From Candidatus Sericytochromatia bacterium (GTDB lineage: Bacteria > Cyanobacteriota > Sericytochromatia > S15B-MN24 > JAQBPE01): a DNA stretch of 29,020 bases. Below are positions 27,241 through 29,020 of the stretch, one piece after another (positions within the stretch are counted from its first letter, which is position 1; the number at the start of each line of letters is the position of its first letter). The translations under genes and the position numbers were made by a program. A model generated the notes under the pieces. That model made no database searches, was not told the DNA's origin, and worked only from the letters and a program-made list of their open reading frames with translations. Location of the stretch: contig JAYKHR010000034.1 of assembly GCA_035285125.1 (NCBI GenBank), positions 1 through 29,020 on the forward strand. Direction: 5' to 3'.

Positions 27241-28158
27241 ATGCCCGATCCTGCACCCCTCTTCGGCGCCATCGAGGCCGGCGGCACCAAGTTCGTCTGC
27301 GCCGTGGGTCGCGGCCCCGACGCCATCCTCGCCGAGGCCCGCTTCGCCACGCGCGGGCCGGCCGAGACCCTGGCCGAGGTGGTGGCCTTCTTCGAGGCCG
27401 CCCGCGCCGCGCACGGGGCCTTGGCGGCCCTTGGCGTGGGCGCCTTCGGGCCGCTGGAGCTCGACCCGGCTGCGCCGGCCTTCGGCTGCCTGGGGCCGAC
27501 CCCCAAGCCCGGCTGGGCGGGGGCCGACATGGTGGCCCCGCTACGGGCCGCGCTGGGGTGCCCGGTGGGGCTCCAGACGGACGTGGCGGCGGCGGGGCTC
27601 GGGGAGGGCCGCTGGGGGGCTGCCCGCGAGGCCGGCGGGGCCTTCGCCTACGTCACGGTGGGCACGGGCGTCGGGGGGGCCCTCTTCGTGGCAGGGGAGC
27701 CCGTGGGGGGCCTCGCGCACCCGGAGCTGGGCCACATCTGGCCCCGGCGCCACCCGGGGGACGACTACCCGGGCTGCTGTCCCTTCCACGGCGATTGCCT
27801 GGAGGGCCTCGCGAGCGGCCCGGCGATCGTGGGCCGTCGGGGCACCACGCTGGACCGACTGGCGCCTGACGACCCCCTCTGGGAAGCCCTGGGCAGTTAC
27901 ATGGGCCAGCTGGTGGCCACGTTGCTGCTGACGCATGCCCCGCGGCTGGTCGTCGTGGGGGGGGGCGTGGGCAGCCACCCGCGCCTGCTCTCGCTGGCCC
28001 GCGACGAGGCCCTGCGTTGGCTGGGGGGCTACATGCGCCCTGCCACGTTGCCGGCGGAGCTCGGCTGGCGGCTGGTGCCCCCGGCCCTCGAGGGCCGCGC
28101 GGGCGTGCTGGGGGGCTTCGTGCTCGCGGAGCGGGCGCTCGGGCGCGCGGCCCCCTGA
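27241..28158 (+). CDS. ROK family kinase, fructokinase-like
   Basis: FGAIEAGGTKFVCAVG, TPKPGW, YVTVGTGVGG, HPELGH, CPFHGDCLEGLASGPA. Confidence 0.92.
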   Translation: MPDPAPLFGAIEAGGTKFVCAVGRGPDAILAEARFATRGPAETLAEVVAFFEAARAAHGALAALGVGAFGPLELDPAAPAFGCLGPTPKPGWAGADMVAPLRAALGCPVGLQTDVAAAGLGEGRWGAAREAGGAFAYVTVGTGVGGALFVAGEPVGGLAHPELGHIWPRRHPGDDYPGCCPFHGDCLEGLASGPAIVGRRGTTLDRLAPDDPLWEALGSYMGQLVATLLLTHAPRLVVVGGGVGSHPRLLSLARDEALRWLGGYMRPATLPAELGWRLVPPALEGRAGVLGGFVLAERALGRAAP

Positions 28159-28209
28159 GGGCGGCGGTCGAACGAGCCCGCTTGGTTCGGTTTCGGCTGA
28201 CTGCCGCTC

Positions 28210-29020
28210 TCAGCCGAAGACGGCCTGGCAGGTCAGGGCCGTCTGGTCGTGCAGGTCCAGCACCCGCCGGATCGGCGACTGGTAGCCCCCGCCGAGGTTC
28301 CAGGCCACGGGCACGCCCGTGGCGCGCGCCTGCTCGAACACGAGCCGGTCCCGACGCGCCAGCTGTGCCGTCGTCAGCGTCCCGCCAAGCGGGTCGTCCA
28401 CGTGGGGATCTACGGCGGCCTGGTACAGCAGCACGTCGGCGCCCCTGAGCAGGCCGTCGAGCACCCCAGGCAGGGCGTCGAGCCAGGCCTCCGTCGCGTC
28501 CCGGCGCGGCCGGCGCGCGCCGAAGCTGAGGTGCGTGATGCCCGGCGGCCTGAGCCGGGCCAGGATGTCGGCCGTGCCGGCGGCGAAGTGCTGGTCGCCA
28601 TCGAAGATCGCGACCCGGTCGGCGAGGCCCTCGGCCTGCAGCGCGAGGGCCGCCACCAGCAGGCCGTTGAGGGCGCTGAAGGCGCTGCCGCGGTCGTGGC
28701 CCGCGAGCCCGAAGTTGCTCGTGGGGCTGGCACAGGGCTTGCCCGTGCGGACCGCATGCCGGGCCGCCGACACGAAGCTTCCCACCACCCAGGGCAGGGC
28801 CGCGGCCTCCTCGGGGCTCATCGCCCCGTACCCGTTCGCCCGGCCTCGCAGCAGCAGCCCCTCGACGTAGGCCCTGGCGTGCACCCGCTCGAGCTCCTGG
28901 GCCGTGGCGGGCACGGGCTCGAACACCTGCACGGGCAGCGCCGCCAGGGTGTGCCAGGAGGCCACCACGGCAGCGGGCTTGCTCGGCTCCGGCAACACGC
29001 CTCGCCCGCCGCAGGGCAGC
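28210..29020 (-). CDS. Histone deacetylase/AcuC family protein with degenerate catalytic His pair; probably 5'-truncated by the window edge
   Basis: VHARAYV, DGDQH, QAAVDPHVDDPLGG, GGGYQ. The frame stays open from GTG 28998 to the window end. Confidence 0.85.
   Translation of the reverse strand, partial: LPCGGRGVLPEPSKPAAVVASWHTLAALPVQVFEPVPATAQELERVHARAYVEGLLLRGRANGYGAMSPEEAAALPWVVGSFVSAARHAVRTGKPCASPTSNFGLAGHDRGSAFSALNGLLVAALALQAEGLADRVAIFDGDQHFAAGTADILARLRPPGITHLSFGARRPRRDATEAWLDALPGVLDGLLRGADVLLYQAAVDPHVDDPLGGTLTTAQLARRDRLVFEQARATGVPVAWNLGGGYQSPIRRVLDLHDQTALTCQAVFG

Noticed and set aside
24523..27414. 963-aa minus-strand ORF (likewise 12804..14864, 19528..21486, 2932..4764, 22878..24464)
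   Set aside because: Antisense mirrors of well-supported genes; stop-codon scarcity follows from GC3 bias; no recognisable motifs.

Overview
This is a high-GC bacterial chromosomal segment with about 31 protein-coding genes. I see no rRNA, tRNA, CRISPR array or mobile element. The style of the lipoproteins and the gene content suggest a non-photosynthetic cyanobacterial relative such as Ca. Sericytochromatia (inference only). Housekeeping-type genes include yajQ, miaE, a TrmJ-like methyltransferase, a RidA-family protein, SCO and PCuAC copper chaperones, MoxR with DUF58, a ROK fructokinase and a GT4 glycosyltransferase. They are interspersed with many secreted or lipoprotein genes: C1 protease, PHB-depolymerase-type esterase, GHL10 hydrolase, NAGPA-like glycosidase, LysM, discoidin, NHL propeller and cupredoxin. 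The most unusual observations: (1) a lipoprotein carrying eight Cys-bracketed EF-hand pairs; (2) a recurring promoter architecture of 11-bp-phased TTAA half-sites followed by a sigma28-like -10 box; (3) a CheY fused to four degenerate MshEN-like motifs; (4) a gluten-like P/Q/G/Y repeat protein; (5) an HDAC lacking its catalytic His-His pair; (6) a cupredoxin lacking a His ligand; (7) a GHL10 enzyme with no signal peptide but a MinD-like amphipathic insertion. All calls come from motif recognition by eye; no searches were run.
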